A stretch of DNA of 64,000 bases from an uncultured Gammaproteobacteria bacterium (GTDB lineage: Bacteria > Pseudomonadota > Gammaproteobacteria > UBA6002), in the NCBI GenBank assembly GCA_963705725.1, contig CAVPKM010000013.1, forward strand, positions 64,001-128,000, written 5' to 3'. A program made the translations under genes and the position numbers. Shown piece by piece: positions 41,972 through 50,715 of the stretch (within the stretch, counting starts at the first letter, position 1; each line of letters begins with the position of its first letter). The notes below the pieces were generated by a model, which saw only the letters and a list, made by a program, of their open reading frames with translations, made no database searches and had not been told where the DNA came from.

Positions 41972-43444
41972 TCAATCCTCAGCAAGAGTGGGCAGCAATG
42001 CTATCCCTTTTTTAGTTAACCGGTACTTCTGTAATCGGCTATTGGGTTTTTTAGGTATTGTCATTTCAATAAGCTCATGTTTTAGAAGCAATTTAATTTG
42101 TTTATGCAACTCCCCTGAAACAGTGCGATGACCTAGCATTGTTGCAAGTTCAGCTTTTCCTGCCGCATTTTCTTTTAGATATAATAAAATTTTGATTGCT
42201 ATTTTTGACTCTAGCCGCGACTCTAGCCGCGACTCTAGCCGCGACTCTAGCCGCGACTCTAGCCGTCCTTGTGTCATTTCTTTAATTTGAAAGCTAGAAG
42301 ATTTAGCAAGATAAATGGTAACTCGTACTCGCATTCCAATTTCAATGATTCGAGGTGTAGATAATTTTAAAGCTTCTGCTTCTTTATAGATCCTTTTGAT
42401 GCCGCTACCCCATTGCTCAATCAAATTAAGCTCTTTAAATACGCGTGCGATGACATGATTTCTAATCTTCGATATACCTTGCAACATGTCTTCGAGAGTT
42501 AGCCCAGGAACAAAAATACCAGGATTTTCAACTTCAATGCGATCATCAAAAAAAGAGACTCGAATGGGTGCGCCGCGTTGAGAGTAATCGGCGTGTACTA
42601 AGGCATTAATCACTACTTCCCTCAAAATGGTAAGTGGTATGCTCCAAATGTCTTTGCGAATTGTTTCGCTAAAGTTGGCTCCTTGCATAGCGTGTTTTTT
42701 TAAAAAAAGCATAATGCTTTCTACGCTGTTTGGTAAATTCTCATGAATATCAATGTGGTCAAAAATAATAGCTTTATCTGTGCCAACAAATCGTCCGCAT
42801 TGCACCCATGCATCGGGAAAATACAGCTCTCTTTGTTTGCCAAATAATAGCAAAGCGCCTTGGGTTGGAACTAAATGACCTTGATAATGAGTTAGAAGCT
42901 TTAATGTGATGAGATTTTGTTCTGTGAGTGGTGAAATGCGTGTAAATAAATTTTTTGTGGCATCTAGATCGATGGCATTTATTGTTAAATTAGGCAATGG
43001 CATTTCGTCAAAAGATACCCCAGCTATCGTCCGTTGTAATTCAGCAACTAAGGCTTGGTCTGCTTTTCGATTAGTTGACCCCAAGCGGACATATACGCCG
43101 TGTTCCATAGTTTCAGATTTTAGCCAATGAGGACGAACATTACTGACAAAGACTTCTATGATTACGACTGTTTTGTTATCTATGGTTATTAGTTCAATAC
43201 TAGGAACTAAGTGCGGCACAATGGCATCTGAAATCAAATTACATAATCGTTCTTCCTCGTCCAGTGGTTGTTCAATGCCAATAACCTGATGATAATCATC
43301 TATGCCTATAATAAGCCGTCCACCTGCTGTGTTGGCAAATGCGATCAATGTTTTGAGGAGAGGTTTTGGAGAAGAAAAATCTCGCTTGAATTCTAAAGAT
43401 TTTCCTTCTGGCATTTTGAGCAGGGTTTCTATCGGAGTATTCAT
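41972..43444 (-). CDS. Schlafen/AlbA_2 domain + HATPase_c_4 (RecG C-terminal-like) + winged-helix protein
   Basis: EGKSLEFKR, IAFANTAGGRLIIGIDD, REVVINALVHADY, RIEVENPG, RNHVIARVF, IEQWGSGI, MTIPKKPNSRLQKYRLT. Confidence 0.9.
   Translation of the reverse strand: MNTPIETLLKMPEGKSLEFKRDFSSPKPLLKTLIAFANTAGGRLIIGIDDYHQVIGIEQPLDEEERLCNLISDAIVPHLVPSIELITIDNKTVVIIEVFVSNVRPHWLKSETMEHGVYVRLGSTNRKADQALVAELQRTIAGVSFDEMPLPNLTINAIDLDATKNLFTRISPLTEQNLITLKLLTHYQGHLVPTQGALLLFGKQRELYFPDAWVQCGRFVGTDKAIIFDHIDIHENLPNSVESIMLFLKKHAMQGANFSETIRKDIWSIPLTILREVVINALVHADYSQRGAPIRVSFFDDRIEVENPGIFVPGLTLEDMLQGISKIRNHVIARVFKELNLIEQWGSGIKRIYKEAEALKLSTPRIIEIGMRVRVTIYLAKSSSFQIKEMTQGRLESRLESRLESRLESRLESKIAIKILLYLKENAAGKAELATMLGHRTVSGELHKQIKLLLKHELIEMTIPKKPNSRLQKYRLTKKGIALLPTLAED
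42207..42266 (-). repeat. Intragenic tandem repeat, 5 x 12 bp, encoding (RLES)5
   Basis: GACTCTAGCCG(C/T) five times on the + strand. Confidence 0.95.
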
Positions 43445-43608
43445 ATTATTTGAAAAACCATCGTTACTTTGCTGAAATTTAATTCATATTTTTTACTCTT
43501 TTGCGAAAAACTCAAAGTAAAAGTTATGTAAAAGACGTGTTTGAAAAAAACTCAAAGTTATTATTCTAAATTTATTTTTTGATGGTAAATGACCAGAATT
43601 CAGCAAGG

Positions 43609-43641
43609 ATTAATATTTTCTTAAGGGCTAACCTTTATGCT
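43609..43641 (+). promoter_or_regulatory. PmrA-like box plus -10 element
   Basis: aTTAA-ta-TT-tt-CTTAA, 11 nt, TATGCT; closest match in the window to cTTAA-N2-TT-N2-cTTAA. Confidence 0.7.
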
Positions 43642-43677
43642 AGGTACTTTAATTTATTTAATTTGAGGTAACTTAGC

Positions 43678-44664
43678 ATGCAAACAAGGTCTGCTTATGA
43701 AGTAATCAATTTTATTACAGAAAGAACAAGCGTTAAAGCGTTTTATGATTATGTCACCTATGAAGAAACAAATTTTGAATATGATATCAATGCGCATGGG
43801 CGTTCTCATTGGACTGCTCTGCACGCTGCTTGCTACAAAGGCAATGTAAAATTAATTCAAGCTCTTATTAACATGGGTGCAAATATCAATGCTTATTCGG
43901 ATTGGGGGCATCCTTTAAGTGTGGCAATTCAGAAAGGTCATCTGGATGTTGTCAAATTGCTCATAAAAAGCGGCGCTTATTTTAATGAGTATTGGATAGG
44001 TGAAGACAGAAATCAAAATAGCTATATAAAATTAGCACAGAATTACAAACAGTCTGAGATAGAAAAATATTTGATTAACCAAACACCTAATAGTCTAAAA
44101 ACGCTTTTATTAAACAAATTGAGACATTCTTCTGAATTTTACGAGTTAAGCCAAAAAAAATTCAAAGCGCAATATCCGAAAGAAACTATCCCTCCTTATT
44201 GCATCGAGTTAATCGAAAAGGGGACGGTTGAATGTCGTTTGCGATGGGATCAGATTACAGGGGTCACATCCATTATTCTTAAGGCAGTAGAAAATAATAA
44301 CCTTGATGAACTTGCCTTGCTGCTTAATGAATACAAATACTATATTGATATTAGTCTGAAAGTTGACACACCCATCGCGATCAATCATGGCAATTTAAAA
44401 ATGGTAAAACTACTGGTTGAAAATGGTGGTCTTATTTCTGGCATTGAAGACGCGTTAAGGCAAGAACATATTGAAATTGTGGATTATTTAAGAGAAGTGC
44501 AGCGCGACCGATATCAACGATTGCGTGAAGAGGTTAGGCAAGAAAGAAATACCACTTTTCTCCTTGGTTTTTTTGATAACGATAGTGTCCTCAATCAGGA
44601 AATCAGGCAAAAGGCAGGGGAACAAGTGACGGCTAATATTGTGAATAAAATTTTAAGTTATTAA
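43678..44664 (+). CDS. Ankyrin-repeat protein (candidate effector)
   Basis: WTALHAACYKGNVKLIQALINMGANIN, HPLSVAIQKGHLDVVKLLIKSGA, AINHGNLKMVKLLVENG. Confidence 0.9.
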   Translation: MQTRSAYEVINFITERTSVKAFYDYVTYEETNFEYDINAHGRSHWTALHAACYKGNVKLIQALINMGANINAYSDWGHPLSVAIQKGHLDVVKLLIKSGAYFNEYWIGEDRNQNSYIKLAQNYKQSEIEKYLINQTPNSLKTLLLNKLRHSSEFYELSQKKFKAQYPKETIPPYCIELIEKGTVECRLRWDQITGVTSIILKAVENNNLDELALLLNEYKYYIDISLKVDTPIAINHGNLKMVKLLVENGGLISGIEDALRQEHIEIVDYLREVQRDRYQRLREEVRQERNTTFLLGFFDNDSVLNQEIRQKAGEQVTANIVNKILSY

Positions 44665-44682
44665 ACGGGTTTAGCCGCTTTT

Positions 44683-44715
44683 TTTCATATTATTTTAATA
44701 AACGATTCTTATAAT
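44683..44715 (+). promoter_or_regulatory. PmrA-like box plus -10 element
   Basis: tTTcA-ta-TT-at-tTTAA, 11 nt, TATAAT. Confidence 0.6.
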
Positions 44716-44747
44716 AATAATAATTGTTTTACTAAGAGAGTTTTGAA

Positions 44748-46535
44748 ATGCACAAAGAAGATCGCTATGGAAATCCTACCGAGAATTTGTTTAATGCTAT
44801 TGGAGTTAATAACCTCGATTTAGCAAAACTAGCTATTAAAGATGGAGCGGATTTAGCCTCCCTCACATCAGTAAAAATAGCAGGAGAAGAATACCAAACT
44901 ACTCCTGCAGTGGCAGCGGCAAAGAGCAAGTGTTGGGATATTCTTGACGCTATTGCAAGTTCAGCGATGGACGCGGGCAATTATAAGTTTGAAGGTGCAT
45001 TATTATACGCTATTCAAGAGCGCCAATTGTCATCCGCTGTTATCCTTCTTAATCACTCCCAAGTGTCTTATTTCCGCTTGGCTGCTACAAAAGACAATGC
45101 ATTACATGTAGCTGTAAAAAGTAATTGGCCAGAAATGGTGGCCTTGCTTCTTTATTTTGGTTATGAAGACAACCGCAAGAATAAGGCGGATCAAAGTGCT
45201 AAACAGATCAATGAAACATGCTATTTAAAGGGTTGGGAAATTTGGCAAAAAAATCGTGATAGTCATATTTTATTTGGTGAAACATTAACGCCAATAAAGC
45301 GACATTATGGAAATCCATCAAAAAATTTGTTTAATGCTATTACAATTAATAACCTCGATTTAGCAAAGCAAGCTATTAAAGATGGAGCAGATTTAGCCTC
45401 CTTGACATCATTAGAAATAGCAGGAGAAACATACCAATATGCTCCTGCAGTGTTTGCGTCAAGGAACGAGTGTTGGGATATTCTTGACGCTATTGCAAGT
45501 TCGGCAATGGACACGAGCAATAATTATCAGTTTGCAGGTGCATTATTACACGCTATTCAAGAGCGCCAATTGTCATCCGCTGTTATCCTTCTTAATCACT
45601 CTCGAGTGAGTTATGCCTACATCACTACTACTGGAGACAGAGGATTACATCTAGCTGTAAAAAATAATTGCCCAGAAATGGTGGCCTTGCTTCTCTCTCA
45701 CGGCTATCGAGATAACAAAAAAAATAAAGCTGATCAAACAGCTCAACAAATCAACGAAGGTTGTTATCTCAGGGGTTGGGAAATTTGGCAAAATAATAGA
45801 GCCGCTGCCGATATCTCTATTGTGCTTGTTCAAGCAATGCGACAACAAGAGTCGAATCCATTATGTCATTTATCCAGGCTTACTTTTGACTTGTTCAATA
45901 AAATTCTTACAGTGGCAACGGATGTTTGCGTATTCGATGAAAATAAATTGGAAAACCAGCAAGCAAGGCTGATGAAAATATCCACGGAATGCTTTATAAA
46001 AAGTTATCGTTCCAAACTCTATTTGCACACCACTCCTGCCTCTGATACTTTTGTTAGCACCCTAGAAAGCGTCCATTCTACTGATGAAATTTCAAGCTGC
46101 ATTAATCATTTTGTTAATTTTGAGCATTCAAAAGAAACCAACACCATTAAGTTGTTAAGAAAATTTAATCTTTACCGTCAGGGTGATTATGGTAATTATA
46201 CAGAGTATAAGTTATTACTTCTCAACCATGTGATTGCATTGTTAAAAGACTTTTTTTCTGAATTTAAAAAAGTGACGAATATAATTTTAGAGAAGGGTCA
46301 GATGATAATGATTTCAGATAATGAAGACGACATTAGTATTTTAATGGCGTATTGCACAGAGTTAAATTTAACGCCTAAGCGTATTGATGCAATGCAAATG
46401 GTATTAGGTGTGCGTGAAGAAATAGATTTTTTTATTTTTAATAAATGCAGAATGCCGCCCAACTTTTATCAAGCATTTCCAGATTTTTTTCAGCAAGGAA
46501 AAGAGCCAGAAAAACAAAATTGTATCATCTCTTAA
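44748..46535 (+). CDS. Ankyrin-repeat protein with internal duplication, F-box-like segment and C-terminal CaaX motif (candidate effector)
   Basis: DNALHVAVKSNWPEMVALLL and DRGLHLAVKNNCPEMVALLL; LSRLTFDLFNKIL; ends ...KQNCIIS*. Confidence 0.85.
   Translation: MHKEDRYGNPTENLFNAIGVNNLDLAKLAIKDGADLASLTSVKIAGEEYQTTPAVAAAKSKCWDILDAIASSAMDAGNYKFEGALLYAIQERQLSSAVILLNHSQVSYFRLAATKDNALHVAVKSNWPEMVALLLYFGYEDNRKNKADQSAKQINETCYLKGWEIWQKNRDSHILFGETLTPIKRHYGNPSKNLFNAITINNLDLAKQAIKDGADLASLTSLEIAGETYQYAPAVFASRNECWDILDAIASSAMDTSNNYQFAGALLHAIQERQLSSAVILLNHSRVSYAYITTTGDRGLHLAVKNNCPEMVALLLSHGYRDNKKNKADQTAQQINEGCYLRGWEIWQNNRAAADISIVLVQAMRQQESNPLCHLSRLTFDLFNKILTVATDVCVFDENKLENQQARLMKISTECFIKSYRSKLYLHTTPASDTFVSTLESVHSTDEISSCINHFVNFEHSKETNTIKLLRKFNLYRQGDYGNYTEYKLLLLNHVIALLKDFFSEFKKVTNIILEKGQMIMISDNEDDISILMAYCTELNLTPKRIDAMQMVLGVREEIDFFIFNKCRMPPNFYQAFPDFFQQGKEPEKQNCIIS
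44766..45797 (+). repeat. Intragenic duplication of about 490 bp (44766-45254 vs 45306-45797)
   Basis: Both units run YGNP..NLFNAI to GWEIWQ.NR with long identical DNA stretches; offset 540-543 nt. Confidence 0.92.
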
Positions 46536-46680
46536 AATACACGGTTTAGATAAGTGTTATGATCAGCAATTTTATGAAAAGGAAAAAAATATTCAAAATT
46601 AAAAACTATATTGAAGTTAGCCGCTTTAATTTTAATCAAGAGGCGATTAGAAAGTTTAGGGATTTGACTTGTGGGATCAT

Positions 46681-47530
46681 CTACGTGTTTCCTATCACTA
46701 ACAGTTCTTCCTCTGGAACATTTAGTCTTAGCTTCCACCGACTAATATATTTGCCTTCAGAAGGGAAATCCGGATCCAATAAGTGGTAGGTAGCAGTTAG
46801 CTTGGATTTTAAAAGCTCTAAAAGGGATGCATTGCCAATTTGATAAAGTTCTAATAGGTATGCTAACCGTGCAATTCACGGAGCCCACGTTGAGTTTTAA
46901 AGCGTATTGGATAATTTTTTCAGCATTTATTGTCTCGCGTTTAATAGTAAAAGCTTTTGCTACTTCAGAAAATCCACCACAGTAGGATGGTATTTTCAAT
47001 CCATCTATTAGGGTTCGTTCTAAATCGCTGATTAGTACTTTTTGATTTTTATCGACCCAAACCTCAGTAGTGCCAAAAAAATCCGTGCTTTTAGTGGTAA
47101 TAAATTTGAATTCTGTTCCTTGGATAATGCGCGGCCTTATCATTTTTAACGTGCTTGTATAAATAACGAATTGGGGCTGGGTAGCCATATTATGAATCTC
47201 AAAAGCAGAAGCATGTGATAAGTAATAATGATTTTTGACGCCTTTCCTCCGGCCTAACGAGAGCTCTCTGGCTACCGCGAACGGATTTCCCAAGTACTCA
47301 GATTCAAATCCCAGCTCAAAGGGAACTAGACTAAATTTTCCTGAAACAAGGCGCGTTACAATGCCATGTCTAATCATTTGTGCCAACGTTTTAGAGGCGC
47401 GAGCTCGTCCAAAAAGAATTCTTTCCGCCTCTTGGAATTGGAAAATAGGCCGCTGCTCATCATAAAGCGTTGCAATTAAGCGTGCTGCGTTTGGACCTAA
47501 TAATTTAAGGTCTTTGTATTTTGATTGCAT
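46681..47530 (-). pseudogene. Type IV TA AbiEi-family antitoxin, frameshift near 46870; partner toxin reduced to a stub
   Basis: N-terminal wHTH, YYLSHASAFEIHNM, ISDLERTLID; shifted frame gives RLAYLLELY...LLDPDFPSEGKYISRWKLRLNV; a MIPQ.. start follows immediately and breaks off. Confidence 0.8.
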
Positions 47531-47784
47531 AAAAACCCTCTCATATGGGTATTATGTATGCAAAATGTAAGTTTGTCGATTTTTATGATTTAAATGCAAA
47601 TTATTCCCTTTGAAGATTTTTTATGCATATAAAATATAAAATATTTATTGGAGACGGCAACAAGCTGCATTATATCTTGTTCAGTAATCCTATAGAGTTA
47701 GGGGCTCGAATGAAAAAAATATTGCGCTTAGGAATAACGTAGCTATATAAAATTAACAGAGAATTACAAACTGGATGAATACCC

Positions 47785-47821
47785 TTTGCGATGGGCTCAG
47801 ATTACAAGGGTCACATGCATC
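47785..47821 (+). repeat. Short remnant paralogous to ankyrin gene 43678-44664
   Basis: TTTGCGATGGGCTCAGATTACAAGGGTCACATGCATC vs TTTGCGATGGGATCAGATTACAGGGGTCACATCCATT at about 44237-44273. Confidence 0.75.
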
Positions 47822-47972
47822 ATCGATCATTGCTTTTCTCCGAAATCACTGTGCTATAGTTTGTCATAGAGTTTACATATAGATGTACAAAAGGCTAGTA
47901 GGATTATTTTCCTGCTTCCTTTTTTGAAATTTGTGCAAATAATTGAGAAAAGCAATAAGTAGTTGATAATAC

Positions 47973-48935
47973 ATGAAAATTGAAGCAAATAATTTTGAGC
48001 CTGCTTGGTGGTTAAATTCAGGTCATTTACAGACCCTCTTCCCTTTTATTTTTCCTCGAAAAATCATCCTTCCAACTATCCAAGAGAGGCTGGAGCTTCC
48101 TGATAAGGATTTTTTAGATCTTAATTGGGCTGGTAAAAATAATAATGAAATTATTTTAATTCTGCATGGATTGGCAGGTTCAATTTCTTCACATTATGTA
48201 AAAGGGATGATGAATGCTTTGCTGCATTACAACTGTAAAACTGTACTTATGCATTTTAGGGGTTGTAGTCAGGAACCTAACCGATTAGCACGCTGCTATC
48301 ACTCCGGGGAAACCACAGATTTAGCTTTTGTCGTGAATGTAATAAAAAATAGATATCCTCATGCTCGTGTATCAATTATTGGGTATTCATTAGGTGGTAA
48401 TGTTTTATTAAAATGGCTAGGTGAGGGGAATAAAAATAATTTAATACATAGAGCGGTTGCAGTTTCTGTGCCCTTTGACCTCAATAATTTTGTTAACCAA
48501 ATACAAATTGGCTTAGGTAAAATTTACCAATGGCGATTGGTAAGTGAATTAAAAAAATATGTGTTAAAGAAGGAGCATTTAATTTCATCGTTGGTAGATA
48601 TTCCTAGCCTAAAAGAAGTCAAAAGTTTTAGAGAGTTTGACCAGCTAGTCACCGCACCTTTGCATGGTTTTAAAGGAGTAGATGATTATTATCATTCTGC
48701 AAGTTGTCGCCAATATCTCAAAAAAATTACTGTTCCTACTTTAATTATTCATGCTTTAAATGATCCATTCATGACTCCAAATGCGATACCCGATGCGAGT
48801 GAATTATCAAAAAAAATCACTTTAGAATTATATTCATCCGGAGGTCATATCGGCTTTATCTCGAGTTCAAAATTTCATAGACCGATCTATTGGCTTGAAG
48901 AGCGTATTCCTGAATATCTACAGTTAATAAATTAG
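47973..48935 (+). CDS. YheT-family alpha/beta hydrolase
   Basis: PAWWLNSGHLQT, LHGLAGS, HFRGCS, YHSGETTD, GYSLGG nucleophile elbow, HALNDPF, GGHIGF. Confidence 0.92.
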   Translation: MKIEANNFEPAWWLNSGHLQTLFPFIFPRKIILPTIQERLELPDKDFLDLNWAGKNNNEIILILHGLAGSISSHYVKGMMNALLHYNCKTVLMHFRGCSQEPNRLARCYHSGETTDLAFVVNVIKNRYPHARVSIIGYSLGGNVLLKWLGEGNKNNLIHRAVAVSVPFDLNNFVNQIQIGLGKIYQWRLVSELKKYVLKKEHLISSLVDIPSLKEVKSFREFDQLVTAPLHGFKGVDDYYHSASCRQYLKKITVPTLIIHALNDPFMTPNAIPDASELSKKITLELYSSGGHIGFISSSKFHRPIYWLEERIPEYLQLIN

Positions 48936-48967
48936 TTAAAGACTTTTTTGCTTTTTTAACAAAAAAA

Positions 48968-49013
48968 TTGACAACTTCTCCAGTATGTCGAATAATTGTC
49001 GACATACTGGAGA
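48968..49013 (+). promoter_or_regulatory. AbiE operon promoter with a perfect 15-bp inverted-repeat operator
   Basis: TTGACA (48968)-17 nt-AATAAT; TCTCCAGTATGTCGA-7 nt-TCGACATACTGGAGA (48977-49013) straddles the -10. Confidence 0.85.
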
Positions 49014-49019
49014 CTGCTA

Positions 49020-49667
49020 ATGATTGTTGATGAACTTCGTAAATCAGTGATTAATGAAGAAATAGACTACTTGCTCTTAACGAGTTTATTAAAGCAGTAT
49101 AAAAGACCCCGAGATAAAATCACTCAATTATTGAAAGCTAAGGCCTTAATTCGGATAAAAAAAGGACTTTATGTATTTGGTCAGCGTGTCGCCAAAAAGC
49201 CCTATATTTTAGAGACATTAGCTAATTTAATATATGGTCCTTCATATATATCTTTAGAATATGCTTTAGCTTTTTATGGAATGATTCCAGAAAGAGTGGA
49301 AGTAATAACTAGTGTGACCAGTAAGCGAGAGAAAACTTTTCAAACCCCTGTGGGATTATTTACTTACCGTTATCTTAATGTCAAAAAATATTCGATAGGA
49401 TTGACTGAGATTTTAATCGATGATTCGCATCCAGTTTTTTTTGCCACACCAGAAAAAGCATTAGCGGATAAAATTATATTAGAAAGTCCTGGTTTAAAAT
49501 TAAATAAAAGAGAGGATATCGCTCAATATCTCTATGAAGATTTGAGGTTGTATTCAAAAAAAATAGACAAGCTGAATATTAAAAAATTGGAAGAAATAGC
49601 ACTAATCTATTCTAATAAAAACCTAAATTCATTAGTCACCTTTTTGGAGGGAAAAAATAATGAATGA
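49020..49667 (+). CDS. Type IV TA AbiEi-like antitoxin
   Basis: RIKKGLYV, LANLIYGPSYISLEYALAFYGMIPERV, ATPEKALAD. Confidence 0.9.
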   Translation: MIVDELRKSVINEEIDYLLLTSLLKQYKRPRDKITQLLKAKALIRIKKGLYVFGQRVAKKPYILETLANLIYGPSYISLEYALAFYGMIPERVEVITSVTSKREKTFQTPVGLFTYRYLNVKKYSIGLTEILIDDSHPVFFATPEKALADKIILESPGLKLNKREDIAQYLYEDLRLYSKKIDKLNIKKLEEIALIYSNKNLNSLVTFLEGKNNE

Positions 49668-50526
49668 GGTCTTAGAGTTTTTGTTAAATCGTTATACTTG
49701 CAAAAGTAGAAATGATTATGAAAATGCTCTTAAGGAGATTATACAAGAAGTTGCATTATTGGGTTTATGGCGATCAAAATTTTTTGAAAAAGCTGCATTT
49801 TATGGTGGTGCCGCTCTTCGCATTCTTTACGGGCTTGATCGATTTTCGGAAGATCTGGATTTTTCATTGCTATCAAAAGATATGAATTTTTCATTAGACG
49901 TGTATTTAAATGCAATTGTGGTTGAATTGCAGGGTCTGGGGCTGGATGTCGAAGTGGAATCTAAAAATAAGATAAGAGATTCGACTATTAAATCCGCATT
50001 TATAAAAGCAGGCACAAAAAAAAATTTATTAAAGATTAAAATTCCATTTGATGTTGATTGTGTCATTCATCGTGATGAACTTTTAAAAATTAAGATAGAG
50101 GTGGATGTTAACCCTCCTGATTCATTTAGCACTGAAGCAAAAATTTTATTAATTCCCATTCCCTTCTCAGTCAATACTTACGTCCCATCAGATTTGTTTG
50201 CGGGTAAAATGCACGCGATTCTCTGCAGGCCATGGAAAAATGGAATAAAAGGTAGAGATTGGTATGATTTAGTGTGGTACATATCTCGCGAAATTCCCGT
50301 TAACCTAGTGCATTTGAAAAAAAGAATGCAACAAACTAAGCATTGGCAGCCAAATAAAAAATTAACTCATGATGAACTCCTATCGTTAGTTAAAGAAAAA
50401 ATATCTCAGATAGATTTCAGTCAAGCAAAAAAGGATGTCATTCCATTTTTGAAAAACACAGATAATGTACTGCTTTGGTCAAAAGATTTTTTTATACAGT
50501 TACTTGATAATTTAAAATCTATTTAA
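49660..50526 (+). CDS. AbiEii/AbiGii nucleotidyltransferase toxin
   Basis: FYGGAALRILYGLDRFSEDLDFS, IKIEVDVNPP, LFAGKMHAILCR, KGRDWYD. Confidence 0.93.
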   Translation: MNEVLEFLLNRYTCKSRNDYENALKEIIQEVALLGLWRSKFFEKAAFYGGAALRILYGLDRFSEDLDFSLLSKDMNFSLDVYLNAIVVELQGLGLDVEVESKNKIRDSTIKSAFIKAGTKKNLLKIKIPFDVDCVIHRDELLKIKIEVDVNPPDSFSTEAKILLIPIPFSVNTYVPSDLFAGKMHAILCRPWKNGIKGRDWYDLVWYISREIPVNLVHLKKRMQQTKHWQPNKKLTHDELLSLVKEKISQIDFSQAKKDVIPFLKNTDNVLLWSKDFFIQLLDNLKSI

Positions 50527-50715
50527 CGTACTTAAGAAATCCCGGCTTCAGGTTATTTCATTTCAACCTTCAATGCTTGCATCTAGTCTAAAATACTCAT
50601 GAAGAGTATGGCTTGCTGTTTTTCAGCTATAATTTATTGTGACTTAAAATTTGCGTATTAAAGAAAGGTTATTATGCAAAGACACTCACAATAAAAGATA
50701 AGGTGTCAGCTTCAA

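Noticed and set aside
41757-42266. 10-bp and 12-bp tandem repeats as a CRISPR array
   Set aside because: No spacers, units too short, no cas genes
44766-45797. Intragenic duplication as a diversity-generating retroelement template/variable repeat pair
   Set aside because: Differences are not confined to adenines, both copies are in frame in one ORF, and no reverse transcriptase is present
46532-46789. Short ORFs 46532-46738 (-) and 46559-46789 (+)
   Set aside because: Explained by the frameshifted abiEi tail and toxin stub plus AT-rich intergenic DNA
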